Of a stretch of DNA of 64,000 nucleotides, positions 35,921 to 46,000 are shown in pieces. How positions within the stretch are numbered: the stretch's first letter is position 1; every line of letters starts with the position of its first letter. A program made the position numbers and the translations under genes. The stretch is taken from positions 5,113-69,112 of the forward strand of contig CAZCBX010000012.1 in the NCBI GenBank assembly GCA_964497185.1. Reading direction: 5' to 3'. The stretch is from an uncultured Bdellovibrionales bacterium. GTDB lineage: Bacteria > Bdellovibrionota_G > JALEGL01 > JAGRMV01. The notes under the pieces are model-generated. The model searched no databases. It was not told the DNA's origin and saw only the letters and a list, made by a program, of their open reading frames with translations.

Positions 35921-36000
35921 GTCAGCCCGACGGGTTCGACATGAGCGACTCCGGTAGCTGCGCGAGGACCTAGCGAATGCGGACCCCTCAGGCCCAACGA
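35921..36000. repeat. degenerate third copy of the 67-nt element core
   Basis: atgagcgactccggtagctgcgcgaggacctagcgaatgc aligns with atgcgagcgtctccgcagcgtaagcgaggactagcgagcatc of copy 1. The terminal inverted repeats have decayed. Confidence 0.45.
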
Positions 36001-36079
36001 ACCTTATTTTTTTTAAACAATTTTTATCGCAAAATGCTTGCACTCACTTGCACGCAACTTACATAAGTAGAGCAAAGGT

Positions 36080-37315
36080 TTATTTTTCAACTTGGGTGGT
36101 GACGCGGTCGCCTTTTTCCAAAGCGCCCCGAAGCGTAACCACGTAAGCGGCAGAGGTGTTGTCCCACGCTTCGACCACCATCACTCTTGCAAATGGGACA
36201 TCGGGCAGGTCTTTGTCATTGTCATCGATGTAACCATCGCCGCGGCGAACCACATAAAGCTGCACACCTTCGCTGATGCCTTGGTTGGTGCCAAGGTTTA
36301 AAAAGACATAGTCATTGTTTTCAATTAAAAACTGTTGGTTGTCTGCGGCTACAATATGCCCGTCGATCAGCTCTTCGGTGTAATGGGGAACCAAACTTCG
36401 AACTTCTGGTTGATACTCAATGATTTGGTCTTCACGGGAAACGGAATATTCAGAGTCTATGACTCGGGCCACGTAAATTTTACGACGCGAGCGGCGTGGG
36501 TTTTGCAAAATGTCGGTGACTTCAAGCACGGCTTTTTTGCGAACCAGCGTGCCCAACTTGCGACGGGATGCACCCATGTTGCGCACTTTTTCTACGTCTT
36601 CGATGGCGTGAAACTTATCGCCCACTTTTACGTTTTTGGCATAAGCGTTTCCATAAAAATCAAGATAGACCCGGTCTCCAAAAATTAACAATTTTTTGGG
36701 TTCTCCCGAATGGGTGATTTTACCCACGGGTTCATTGCCCTTGGTGGACAGTACATGAATGTTTTTCAAGCGAACCGATAGGCCCGTGCCCTGAGACACC
36801 GACGACTCGATGATGGCATTTTCAAATGGGTCTTCAAAGTTGTTTTCAGTGGGCTCAGGCAACGTGGGTGCTTCCAAGACTGGATCTTGCGCGGCCAGCT
36901 CGCCCATTTCTTCAGACTCAACCAATTCCAAGTTGGGGAAAGTGGAGTCTGTGCCGGGTGTGAACACAAGCTGATTGCCCGGATAAATAAAGTGAGGGTT
37001 TTTGATGTATTGGTTCAAGGACCAAAGTTTGGGCCAGTACCAGGCATCATCCAAAAGCACGTTGCAGATTTCAGAAAGCGTGTCACCGGATTGGATGGTG
37101 TACGCGCGGTTGACGGTAAATTCGGTCACATTGCCAGTTTCAGACATCATGGTTTCGCCACTGGAGACGGGCTCTTCGCTGGTCGGTGACATCACTTCCA
37201 CGTTGGTAGTCGATGGTGTGGGCTCGGCGTTGGTTGGGCTTTCTTGGGCAAACACAGGCCATGCCCATCCCATTGAAAAAGTGATGATCATGCAGAGGCT
37301 GCTTAGGTTTTTCAT
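36080..37315 (-). CDS. LysM domain-containing periplasmic protein
   Basis: 411 aa. Signal peptide ...WAWPVFA/QE. LysM-like YTIQSGDTLSEICNVLL...IYPGNQLVF. Confidence 0.65.
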   Translation of the reverse strand: MKNLSSLCMIITFSMGWAWPVFAQESPTNAEPTPSTTNVEVMSPTSEEPVSSGETMMSETGNVTEFTVNRAYTIQSGDTLSEICNVLLDDAWYWPKLWSLNQYIKNPHFIYPGNQLVFTPGTDSTFPNLELVESEEMGELAAQDPVLEAPTLPEPTENNFEDPFENAIIESSVSQGTGLSVRLKNIHVLSTKGNEPVGKITHSGEPKKLLIFGDRVYLDFYGNAYAKNVKVGDKFHAIEDVEKVRNMGASRRKLGTLVRKKAVLEVTDILQNPRRSRRKIYVARVIDSEYSVSREDQIIEYQPEVRSLVPHYTEELIDGHIVAADNQQFLIENNDYVFLNLGTNQGISEGVQLYVVRRGDGYIDDNDKDLPDVPFARVMVVEAWDNTSAAYVVTLRGALEKGDRVTTQVEK

Positions 37316-37337
37316 ACCGTTCTCCTATCCATTCCCG

Positions 37338-38126
37338 TTATGGAATGTTGCGTAACGAAGCTTTGGCTTTGCGGGCCGCTTCACTCTTGGGATACTCTCG
37401 TATCAGTTTTTCCAAAGAAGCCTTGGCCTCTTGCGATTTGGACATTTTTAACAAACACACCGAAGATCGAAGCATGGCATCGGGCACTTTGTTTTCATTG
37501 GGAAAGAGCTCAATGACTTTTTGGTAATTGACCAAGGCGCTGGGGTAATCCTTTTTTTGATAGTAGGTTTCGCCCAACCAAAAATAAGCATTGTCGGTGT
37601 AGCTGGTTTGTGGATGGTTTTGAATAAATGCCACAAACAGCGCGCGGCTTTCATTGGTTTTTTGTTGGGTGAATTTTTGATAGGCCAACTCATATTCCTG
37701 CACCAATGCTGATTTTACATTGGTTTTGGATGGCTTGACCACGGTTTTGGGGGCTGGATTGGACCAAGGGCCTGCTTCCAACTCTTTGTTGGTAATCACC
37801 AACGTGGGCAAATCGGCTTCTACATCTTCTTCGATGAAGGGTTTTACATTGGGGTCTTCGCGCGCCACAGGCGCGGTAGCGGTTTGTTTTTGCACTGGCT
37901 GCGCCCAGGCAGAAGCTTCGGGCCCTGCGGCAATGCGACCTTTTAAAATGATGTTTTCTTCCGAAAGAGCCGCCAGATCACGCTGCAAATTGTCTTTTTC
38001 TTGTGCGAGTTTGGCTTTTTCGGTTTTAAGTTGTTGAATTTGCTGCTGATATTGCTTTGAGGCGCACCCTGTGCTTAGAATAAGCAACCCCATCACTGCC
38101 AACTGTAGCCCCTTGATATGAATCAT
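37338..38126 (-). CDS. ybgF: Tol-Pal system protein YbgF/CpoB
   Basis: 262 aa. Lipoprotein-like signal (LLILSTGC). N-terminal coiled coil (QQIQQLKTEKAKLAQEKDNLQRDL). C-terminal TPR block (YFWLGETYYQKKDYPSALVNYQKVIELFP...KAKASL). Confidence 0.75.
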   Translation of the reverse strand: MIHIKGLQLAVMGLLILSTGCASKQYQQQIQQLKTEKAKLAQEKDNLQRDLAALSEENIILKGRIAAGPEASAWAQPVQKQTATAPVAREDPNVKPFIEEDVEADLPTLVITNKELEAGPWSNPAPKTVVKPSKTNVKSALVQEYELAYQKFTQQKTNESRALFVAFIQNHPQTSYTDNAYFWLGETYYQKKDYPSALVNYQKVIELFPNENKVPDAMLRSSVCLLKMSKSQEAKASLEKLIREYPKSEAARKAKASLRNIP

Positions 38127-38206
38127 ATCAAAATTATAGTACGTTTTTGAAAATTACCCAAAGAATCTAAGTAGTTTTATTGCTGAAAAGGCAAAAAAAT
38201 AAGGGG

Positions 38207-38467
38207 TTACCAAATATTGGTTGAAACATCGGCATTGCGTTTGATCACAATGTCGACAAGCGCTCGGTCAAAATAATTGGTTTGCGCACGAACGGAGGCA
38301 TCAATGCTTTTGTTGTAAAACTCTCGGCCTTCTTGAAACTCTTCTGCCATCACATCAAATAGATTGTCTTGGGCCAAGCCTTCACGCACTTTGTCTTTAT
38401 GATAGAGCAGTATATCGGATGCAATGGCGCGTGCTTTGCGTTTGGCCACTTCATGATCTTGAATCAT
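38207..38467 (-). CDS. hypothetical small cytoplasmic protein
   Basis: 86-aa ORF with typical coding composition. No domain recognised. Confidence 0.45.
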   Translation of the reverse strand: MIQDHEVAKRKARAIASDILLYHKDKVREGLAQDNLFDVMAEEFQEGREFYNKSIDASVRAQTNYFDRALVDIVIKRNADVSTNIW

Positions 38468-38507
38468 AGAATTGATTATACTCGAACTTGGATTGTTTGC
38501 CTACTGC

Positions 38508-39446
38508 TTATGAAAACTCAGCCATCGCCTGTCGAACCATGGCATACAAATTGGGCTCTTCTTTTTGGGCAAGGGCCTGGGTCCAATCGGAATTGGCCTC
38601 GATCTTGTCTAAAATGCGATGGGTCAGCTTGGTTTGAATCATTTCTGCTAAATACGCTTTGCGGCGGCGCACCCGTTCGGACTCCGTTTTGGCGTGCTCA
38701 ATGCAATGACTTTTGTGCTGGTCGATGGCTTGAACCAATTCTTCAATCCCCTCGCCTGACTGGGCACAGGTGAGCAGAATGGGTGGCTTCCAAGGATTGG
38801 TGCTGGGTGTAAGCGACAGCATCATTTCAATGTCGTGGGCAATGCGGTCCGCGCCGTCTCGATCTTTTTTATTGATGACAAAAATATCGGCGATCTCGAG
38901 CATGCCGGCCTTTAAGGCCTGGATGGAATCGCCCGATTCGGGCGTTAGAACCACCACGGTGGTGTCCACCAGATTCATGATGTCGACTTCGCTTTGTCCT
39001 GCGCCCACCGTTTCGACCACCGAATAATCGCTGCCATAGGCTTCCAGTATTTGAAGCAGCGCGCGCGTGGCAAAGGACACGCCACCGCTTTTGCCACGGC
39101 TGCCAATGCTTCGTATAAACACGCCCTCATCATTGCAGTGGCGCTGCATTCGAACTCGGTCGCCCAATATGGCGCCACCAGTAAAAGGACTGGAAGGGTC
39201 CACCGCCAAAATTGAAACTTTTTTTTGTGCCTGACGGATGTGGCGAATGAGCTGATCAATCAATGTGCTCTTGCCCGCCCCGGCAGGTCCTGTGATGCCG
39301 ATGGATACACTTTGATTGGTGACCGATGTTTTATAGACCTCTTCAAGCAGATCGAAGGCTTGATCATCTTGGTTTTCCACCAAACTGAGCAGTCTGGCCA
39401 AAGCCCGGCGATCGCCATCGCGCATTTTTTGAATCAGCGCTTTCAT
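38508..39446 (-). CDS. meaB: MeaB/ArgK-type G3E-family GTPase
   Basis: 312 aa. GITGPAGAGKSTLID (P-loop), VVETVGAGQSE, FVINKKD. Confidence 0.85.
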   Translation of the reverse strand: MKALIQKMRDGDRRALARLLSLVENQDDQAFDLLEEVYKTSVTNQSVSIGITGPAGAGKSTLIDQLIRHIRQAQKKVSILAVDPSSPFTGGAILGDRVRMQRHCNDEGVFIRSIGSRGKSGGVSFATRALLQILEAYGSDYSVVETVGAGQSEVDIMNLVDTTVVVLTPESGDSIQALKAGMLEIADIFVINKKDRDGADRIAHDIEMMLSLTPSTNPWKPPILLTCAQSGEGIEELVQAIDQHKSHCIEHAKTESERVRRRKAYLAEMIQTKLTHRILDKIEANSDWTQALAQKEEPNLYAMVRQAMAEFS

Positions 39447-40153
39447 GCGACCTCTTTTTGTTGCAAAAGCCTGACAATCGGTTGAAAAAAATCAAGCCCA
39501 TCGGTGTTACCCAGTATGGCTTCGCACGCTCTTTCTGGATGGGGCATCATGCCCAAAACGTTTTTTTCAACATTATAGACGCCTGCGATTTGCTCTTGGG
39601 AGCCGTTAAAGTTGCCTGCTTGGGGATCTGCCACGTCCGGCGCCGACACATATCGCATGGCTATTTGATCATTCTTTTTCATTTGACTGAGTGTTTCTGG
39701 GTCCACCACATAGCGGCCTTCGCGATGGGCCACGGGCAAGCGGAATGTACGCTGAAGATCCAGGCCAGCGGTAAGCGAGGCTTGATTGTTGCACACTTGA
39801 ATATGCGCATCTTGACAACGAAATTGACTGTCTTGATTGATGGACAACGCGCCTGGAAGATACCCAGCATCGGTGAGGATTTGAAAGCCATTGCATATGC
39901 CAAGCACCAGACCCCCTTGATCGATGTAAGCTTGCAAGCTGGTCACGGCAGGGGATACTTTGGCCATGGCTCCGGCACGAAGGTAGTCACCATAAGAAAA
40001 ACCACCCGGTAGAAGCACCAAGTCGTAGTCGTGAGGCACGGCTTGCGTGTGCCAATGGTATTGGGTTTCAAACCCCAACACTTCTGAAAAGACGTGAAAA
40101 GCATCTTGGTCACAATTGGACCCTGGAAATACGACAATCGCCACTTTTTTCAT
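39443..40153 (-). CDS. purQ: phosphoribosylformylglycinamidine synthase, glutaminase subunit
   Basis: MKKVAIVVFPGSNCD..., LPGGFSYGDYLR, GICNGFQIL (Cys nucleophile), MMPHPER. ORF opens at 40201, but MKKVAIV (40153) matches the PurQ N-terminus. Confidence 0.9.
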   Translation of the reverse strand: MKKVAIVVFPGSNCDQDAFHVFSEVLGFETQYHWHTQAVPHDYDLVLLPGGFSYGDYLRAGAMAKVSPAVTSLQAYIDQGGLVLGICNGFQILTDAGYLPGALSINQDSQFRCQDAHIQVCNNQASLTAGLDLQRTFRLPVAHREGRYVVDPETLSQMKKNDQIAMRYVSAPDVADPQAGNFNGSQEQIAGVYNVEKNVLGMMPHPERACEAILGNTDGLDFFQPIVRLLQQKEVA

Positions 40154-40214
40154 GGCACCCTGTGTACCATGGATTGGCGCAATGGTGTACTTTTTGCGCA
40201 CCCGCCCCCATTAT

Positions 40215-40841
40215 CTATTCATTCACGGCTCTTTGCCATGAGGCCATACGGGGCTTGCGCATCATCTCCAACCACTGGTGCGGCATTAGTTGCGCTTGAT
40301 GAGAGATAACCTGATGCAGTTTTTGAATCGTGGCCTTTAGCTCCCTGCTGGCTTTGGCAAAGCCCCACACGGCAATCATGTCTTGGAGCAAAGTGGCCCC
40401 CATGGCGTTCATTTGCGTCAATGAAGTCTGATGAATTTGACTGGCTATGTAGGCGTACATGTCTAAATTTTCTCGGAGGTTGCATTGAATGGTTTGCGCC
40501 ACAGAAACCGTTTGAACTTCAGGGAGGGCATGAAACAATGTTTGGAGTTTTCGCGCGCATCGAATGTCTGATTTTTGAGTTTTTTTAGACCCTGCACACA
40601 AGAGCACATGGGTGTGTGGCGCTGTTTTTAAAAAATAAATTCGATACCCTTGTCCGTAAAAAATTCGATACTCGTAGAGATCATAACCAATAAATTTGGC
40701 GTCGCCCAATTGTCCGCTTCGAATTTCATTGAGGCGATGAATCAACACATCCCGAACATGCGTTGGAGCATGATTGAATATCCAGTCCGTGGCAGGTCGA
40801 AGACCATCAACGGGCATATACTCTAAGAGCCGGTATCCCAT
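40215..40841 (-). CDS. single-polypeptide fusion of a Gp49/HigB-type (RelE/ParE superfamily) toxin domain and a HigA-type antidote-like domain
   Basis: 208 aa. Residues about 1-100, ...RDVLIHRLNEIRSGQLGDAKFIGYDLYEYRIFYGQGYRIYFLKTAPHTHVLLCAGSKKTQKSDIRCARKL, follow the 'addiction module killer' pattern. Residues about 115-190, ENLDMYAYIASQIHQ...ATLLQDMIAVWGFAKASRELKATIQKLHQVIS, follow the matching 'antidote' pattern. Confidence 0.55.
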   Translation of the reverse strand: MGYRLLEYMPVDGLRPATDWIFNHAPTHVRDVLIHRLNEIRSGQLGDAKFIGYDLYEYRIFYGQGYRIYFLKTAPHTHVLLCAGSKKTQKSDIRCARKLQTLFHALPEVQTVSVAQTIQCNLRENLDMYAYIASQIHQTSLTQMNAMGATLLQDMIAVWGFAKASRELKATIQKLHQVISHQAQLMPHQWLEMMRKPRMASWQRAVNE

Positions 40842-40960
40842 CTATACAACATTGTACCGTTTTAGGCACCCACCCGTCAAATACGCGCATGGCATCGTTG
40901 AACTTGGGTCGGTATTCGCATCGTAGAATTTGCCTGCATTGGTCATTGTTTGGTAGACTC

Positions 40961-41551
40961 ATGGCTATGTTTAAATTGGGCATCACAGGCGGCATTGCAT
41001 GCGGCAAAACCACGGTTACGGATTTATTGTCGCAAAAAGGGCTGCCCATCGTGGATGCCGACGTAGGGGTGGCAAAGCTTTACAAGCAAGAATCCATTGC
41101 GCAGGCCATTGAAGCAGCTTTGGGCACGGTGGATAAACATAAAATTCGCGACATTGTTTTTAAAGACCCCGCTAAAAAAGAAACGCTGGAAGCCATTTTG
41201 CACCCACCGGTGATGAAATGGATGGATGACCAAGCAGATCAACACGTCAAAGAGGGCCACAAAGTGGTGGGTTTTGCCATTCCACTGCTCTTTGAAATTG
41301 AAGTGCAAGATCAATTTGATGCGATATTGGCGGTGGTGTGTGATGAAAGCAATCAGATCAATCGGCTTCAAAACCGAGACAAGCTAACCCTTGCCCAAGC
41401 GCGGGAAGTCATTGCCAATCAATGGTCGATGGACACCAAAGCCAACAAAGCGGATTATGTCATCCAAAACAACCAGGGCTTGGATCAACTCGAAGAAGAA
41501 GTGGACCATTTTTACCACTGGCTTGTTCATAAATATCCTGAATTAAGTTAG
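40961..41551 (+). CDS. coaE: dephospho-CoA kinase
   Basis: MAMFKLGITGGIACGKTT P-loop at the expected N-terminus. ORF opens at 40889, but that extension is unlikely. Confidence 0.85.
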   Translation: MAMFKLGITGGIACGKTTVTDLLSQKGLPIVDADVGVAKLYKQESIAQAIEAALGTVDKHKIRDIVFKDPAKKETLEAILHPPVMKWMDDQADQHVKEGHKVVGFAIPLLFEIEVQDQFDAILAVVCDESNQINRLQNRDKLTLAQAREVIANQWSMDTKANKADYVIQNNQGLDQLEEEVDHFYHWLVHKYPELS

Positions 41552-41631
41552 AAAATCATTTTGAGCAGACCATTTTGCAAACGCGCATCCATGCACGGTT
41601 TAATGAACGTTGCTCAATGGTTTTAAACCGG

Positions 41632-41988
41632 TTAATGAAGCGTTTTGCCCTCTTGGGCGATTTGTCCTTCGATCAATTGAAAGTATCCATACACCAATGC
41701 GCGTTGCAAAGTTTCAGGCTGCGAGGCAAAGAAGTCCTGCTTTTCTTCCAGGGTGTCGTAGTTGAAACTTTCATTGATCACACGGTTGATGTCTTCTAGC
41801 TGGTTTTCAAATAACTCTGACAAATTTTCAGTGTTTTGGTCGTAGGTCAGCCGAATCATTTCAGGACTAAAGAGCAAATGGTGTCCTTTTTGGCCAGCTT
41901 GCAGAATTTTGTGAAAATACAAAATTTCGTTCATGCCCTCTTCAAATTGAGGCATCATATCGGAATCTAAATCAAACTTTTTGCTCAT
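41632..41988 (-). CDS. hypothetical acidic cytoplasmic protein
   Basis: 118-aa ORF. No domain recognised. Confidence 0.45.
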   Translation of the reverse strand: MSKKFDLDSDMMPQFEEGMNEILYFHKILQAGQKGHHLLFSPEMIRLTYDQNTENLSELFENQLEDINRVINESFNYDTLEEKQDFFASQPETLQRALVYGYFQLIEGQIAQEGKTLH

Positions 41989-42051
41989 GATACTTCTAAT
42001 ATAGGCACAGAACCCATGGCGTCAAGTCAGATTGTGGCATAGGCGCAAAGC

Positions 42052-42906
42052 CTACGCGTGGTGCTTCATAAAGTGCTGAAAGAAAAAATGCAGTTTCTTT
42101 TTTAATTCTGCGCGCGGGATAATTTGATCCACCATGCCGTGGTCCAACAAAAATTCAGAGCGCTGAAAACCTTCAGGCAAGGTTTCTTTGATGGTTTGTT
42201 CAATCACCCTGGGGCCGGCAAAGCCAATCAAAGCATTGGGTTCGGCAATGATTAAATCCCCCAGCATCGCAATGGAGGCTGCAACCCCCCCTGTAGTGGG
42301 ATGGGTCAGCAGGACAATGTAGGGCAAACCGGCTTGACGAAGTCTGGACAGAGCCGCTGTGGTCTTGGCCATTTGCATCAGCGACAAAATGCCTTCTTGC
42401 ATGCGCGCGCCACCACTGGCTGTGATGATGAGTGCAGGTTTTTTGTGTTCCAAAGCCAGTTCAAATGTACGGGTAATTTTTTCGCCCACCACTGACCCCA
42501 TGCTGCCGCCCATGTATTCGAATACAAATGAGCCGATGGCAATGGGCAATTGTGAAATGGTCGCGTTGCCATAAATAAATGCTTCTTTGACGGACCCTTT
42601 TTTTTCGTAGGCTTTGACGCGGTCTTTGTATTTTTTTAAATCTTTAAAATCCAATGGATCCAGAGATTTCATATCGGCATCCAGCTCTTCAAAACTGCCG
42701 GCATCGAGTAAAAAATCCAACCGATCGCGCGTGCCAATTTGCAAGTGGTGTTGACAACTGGGGCAAACCATCAAGTTTTTGCGCAAATCTTCATGAAAGA
42801 TGATCTCATTGCAAGCTTTGCATTTGTCCCAAAGGCCTTCAGGCGTGTTGGTCTTTTTGCTATCGTCCGCAATTTTGGGCGCTTTGAGTCGGTCAAACCA
42901 AGACAT
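42052..42906 (-). CDS. accD: acetyl-CoA carboxylase carboxyltransferase beta subunit
   Basis: 284 aa. N-terminal Cys4 zinc ribbon (CKACNEII...CPSCQHH). GGSMGSVVGEK, SGGARMQEG. Confidence 0.9.
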   Translation of the reverse strand: MSWFDRLKAPKIADDSKKTNTPEGLWDKCKACNEIIFHEDLRKNLMVCPSCQHHLQIGTRDRLDFLLDAGSFEELDADMKSLDPLDFKDLKKYKDRVKAYEKKGSVKEAFIYGNATISQLPIAIGSFVFEYMGGSMGSVVGEKITRTFELALEHKKPALIITASGGARMQEGILSLMQMAKTTAALSRLRQAGLPYIVLLTHPTTGGVAASIAMLGDLIIAEPNALIGFAGPRVIEQTIKETLPEGFQRSEFLLDHGMVDQIIPRAELKKKLHFFFQHFMKHHA

Positions 42907-43021
42907 TTCAACAACGTATCGCTTTTCGATTTAAATGTAAATCATGGTTTTTCTTGAGCAATCTCATATTTTTTACAACAAAGTCCGTTTTCACTTTGAC
43001 CCATCAAACGGTTGATCGCGA

Positions 43022-46000
43022 CTAACGGTTGATAATATTGATGGTTTGGTCGGATAGCGATAGCTCAAATTCAACGCGGCGGTTTTTGGCCTTGTTGGCG
43101 GCGCTGGTGTTGGCCACGCGCGGCTTGGCTTCACCAAAACCAGCGATTCGAATTTTGCTCTCGTTGATCCCTTGACCCACCAAATAGTCTTTGACAGCAT
43201 TGGCACGGCGGATGGAAAGCTGCAAATTGTAATCCATGGGACCATCGCTGTCGGTGTGGGCCTGAACAGAAACCGATTTTACATTGTCATACCTTTTGAT
43301 CACTTCGGCCACATGGTTGATGGTGGCATAGGATTGAGGGTCAATGGTGGCTTGGTTGACTTCAAAGTAAATGGGGTCAATGTATTCCACTTTGGGCTCA
43401 GGGGCATCTTCGACCTTGGGCGTAAGGATGAACACTTTTTCAGTGGTTTGAGATGCGCTGATGGTCAGCGGAATGTTTTTGTCTTCTCCGTTTTCCTTAA
43501 CGACAATCACATAGCGACCGACGGGCAATGTGCGGCGCAGGCGATTGGATACGATGGATGTAAGCTGTTTTCCCATTTCTGTGGTTAGCACAAACGGCAA
43601 AGAAACGGGTTTTTGATCGGCATTCATGATTTGAAAATCAAGCATGCCCTCTTCCACGATGGGCTTGGGAGCCGGTGCAGGTGCAGGTTCAGGCTGGGTT
43701 ACTGCCTGACATGGGTGTGGACGGGTTGGGCGCTTATTGGCAAAGCGGTAGGTTAGACCGGTATAAACATGATAATCAGGGGAGCCGTAGCCATTGTTGG
43801 TGCCTCGGCCGAAACCGCCGGTCCACTCCCAGCGATCGCCGGGGCTGCGGTGACGCACGGAAAAAAATGCTTCCAGGGGGCTGCTGATTTCTTGCGAAAA
43901 GAACTCTCGGTAGGTGGTGGAGCCTGTGAAGTCGGCAATCAAATCCCAGCGGGACGCACACGAGATGCGATAGGTGTAAGTTAGACCGTACAAAAACTCG
44001 TCATCGACCACCAAATTGATGAGCCGTTCACGCTCGCGAAATCGTGATCCCACATTCAAAGCCAGATAATGGTTTTTGTGGATGTAACGATCCATCACCA
44101 AATAGGCGCCTCCTGTAAAATTGGTATCCCCAAAAAAATCGTCTTCATTGTTGAAAGGAATGGTGACAAAAGGCACCAAACCCACGGTCCAACTTTTGTA
44201 AAGGTCTTCGGGTTGGGTGGAGCCTAGAAAAATGGTGGCGCTGATGCGGGCGTCACCCAAGGAAAAGTCTTGGGTGTCTTGAAAATTGGCAATGGGTTCA
44301 ACATTTGAATAGGGGTTAAACGGCAGGGATACATGAAGGGTAAACCGCTCTGACACGCCCCAGGCCAACATGGCTTCGGTGGTTAAAAAAGATTTTACAA
44401 TCTGATCCACCTGATCGTCATCTACGCCAAACTCTAGGGCATTTTCCAAAAAGCTGGCGTAAATACCAAACTCCACCTGGCCGTGGGTCAGACCACGGGA
44501 AGCATAGTTGGTCACCCCTTCTCTTTCTTGGCCCAGGATGGGACGAAACAACTGCGTGTTTAACGCATAGGCTTGCCCACCCATGGCAACGATCATCATC
44601 AAGAGCAAAGTTTTGCGAAATGCGCGTCCCAAACTCATGAGCATGATGATGCCCATGAGCATCCAGAGCAGCCCATTTTGACCACTGGCACAACCCAATA
44701 GCCACAAGCCCGTCGTACCAGAACCTTGGATGTTGCCCGAGGGTGTAAATGGATCCAGCCCCAAGTCGATCTCTTCGCAATCGGTCAAACCATCGTTGTC
44801 ACTGTCGTTGGTGTTGGGACAGTCATCCAATGGATCCAGCGGATCTGAATTGAAGCTGTTGATTTCGAAGCCATCATCAATACCCCCGCCATCGGTGTCC
44901 TCATTGTTGGGATCGGTCAGATGAACGGAAAGTTCCGCACAATCGGACAAACCATCGCCGTCGGCGTCGGCGTCCGTGGTGGGATCGGTCAATGGGTTTT
45001 CAGGCGTGCCTGCTTGTGTAAACCAAGCAGCACCTGTGACATCGCAATCGGGTCCGCTACCAAAAATTTCACAAGTATCGCTACAACCATCGCCGTCGGT
45101 ATCGGCCAACACGGGACTGCTGCCCGTATTGTATTCCACGCAATCGTTGATGGTATCGCCGTCGGTATCGGCGACATTGGGATTGGAGAAAGATACCGCG
45201 CCTTCAAAACAGTCGCTGCACCCATCACCATCGGCATCATTGCTAACCAATGAGGGGTCCAAGAAAGGATCGGCGGCGCTGTAGGGTGCGCCCTCATCAA
45301 ACCATGCGCTGTTGGCAGGATCATCAAAAGGACAGTTGGGCGTGGTGCCCAAAGCTTTACAACCGTCACTACACACACAGTTGCTCACGCCAATGCATCC
45401 AGGATCATCGGTGGTGGTTGGATCAAAAAACTCCGTGCCCAGGGTAATTTCTTCGGAGTTGGTCAAGCCATCGTTGTCTGGATCACCGCCGTCGCCATCG
45501 GATTCTTGAAAATCAGGAACACCATCGGTATCCACATCGACTGGATCGGTGCCGGCGCCTTTTTCTACGGCATCGGTGATGCCGTCATTGTCCGAATTGA
45601 TATCCCGAAAATCAGGTTGATTGTCGTTGATCGCATCACTGCTGTAGAGCTCTGCATACAAATCGACAATGTTGCTGGCAGTATCAATGCTGAGCGTGCC
45701 AGGCACCGAGGCATAATCGGCCACTGGTGCGCCACTTTCTTGACTGTCGGTGATGGTATCCCCGTCGCTGTCCAGATCATAGATGTCAGGCAATGGACCA
45801 CCCACAATTTCTGAATTGACCAAATCCATGGGATCGGTGATCAAAAACGCTTCGTTTTCAATGTACCCATTGTTGTCAAAGTCGTAATTGTCCATGGTGG
45901 GATCAATGTTGTCATTGGTGTGGGCTTCTAACCAGTCGGCAATGCCGTCGCCATCGCTGTCGCGGTCGATGTAGTCGGGAATGCTGTCGCTGGTGCTTGG

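Noticed and set aside
35843-36043. 66-aa minus-strand ORF rich in Arg/Ser
   Set aside because: It covers the decayed hairpin-element copy, has biased low-complexity composition, and has no start context.
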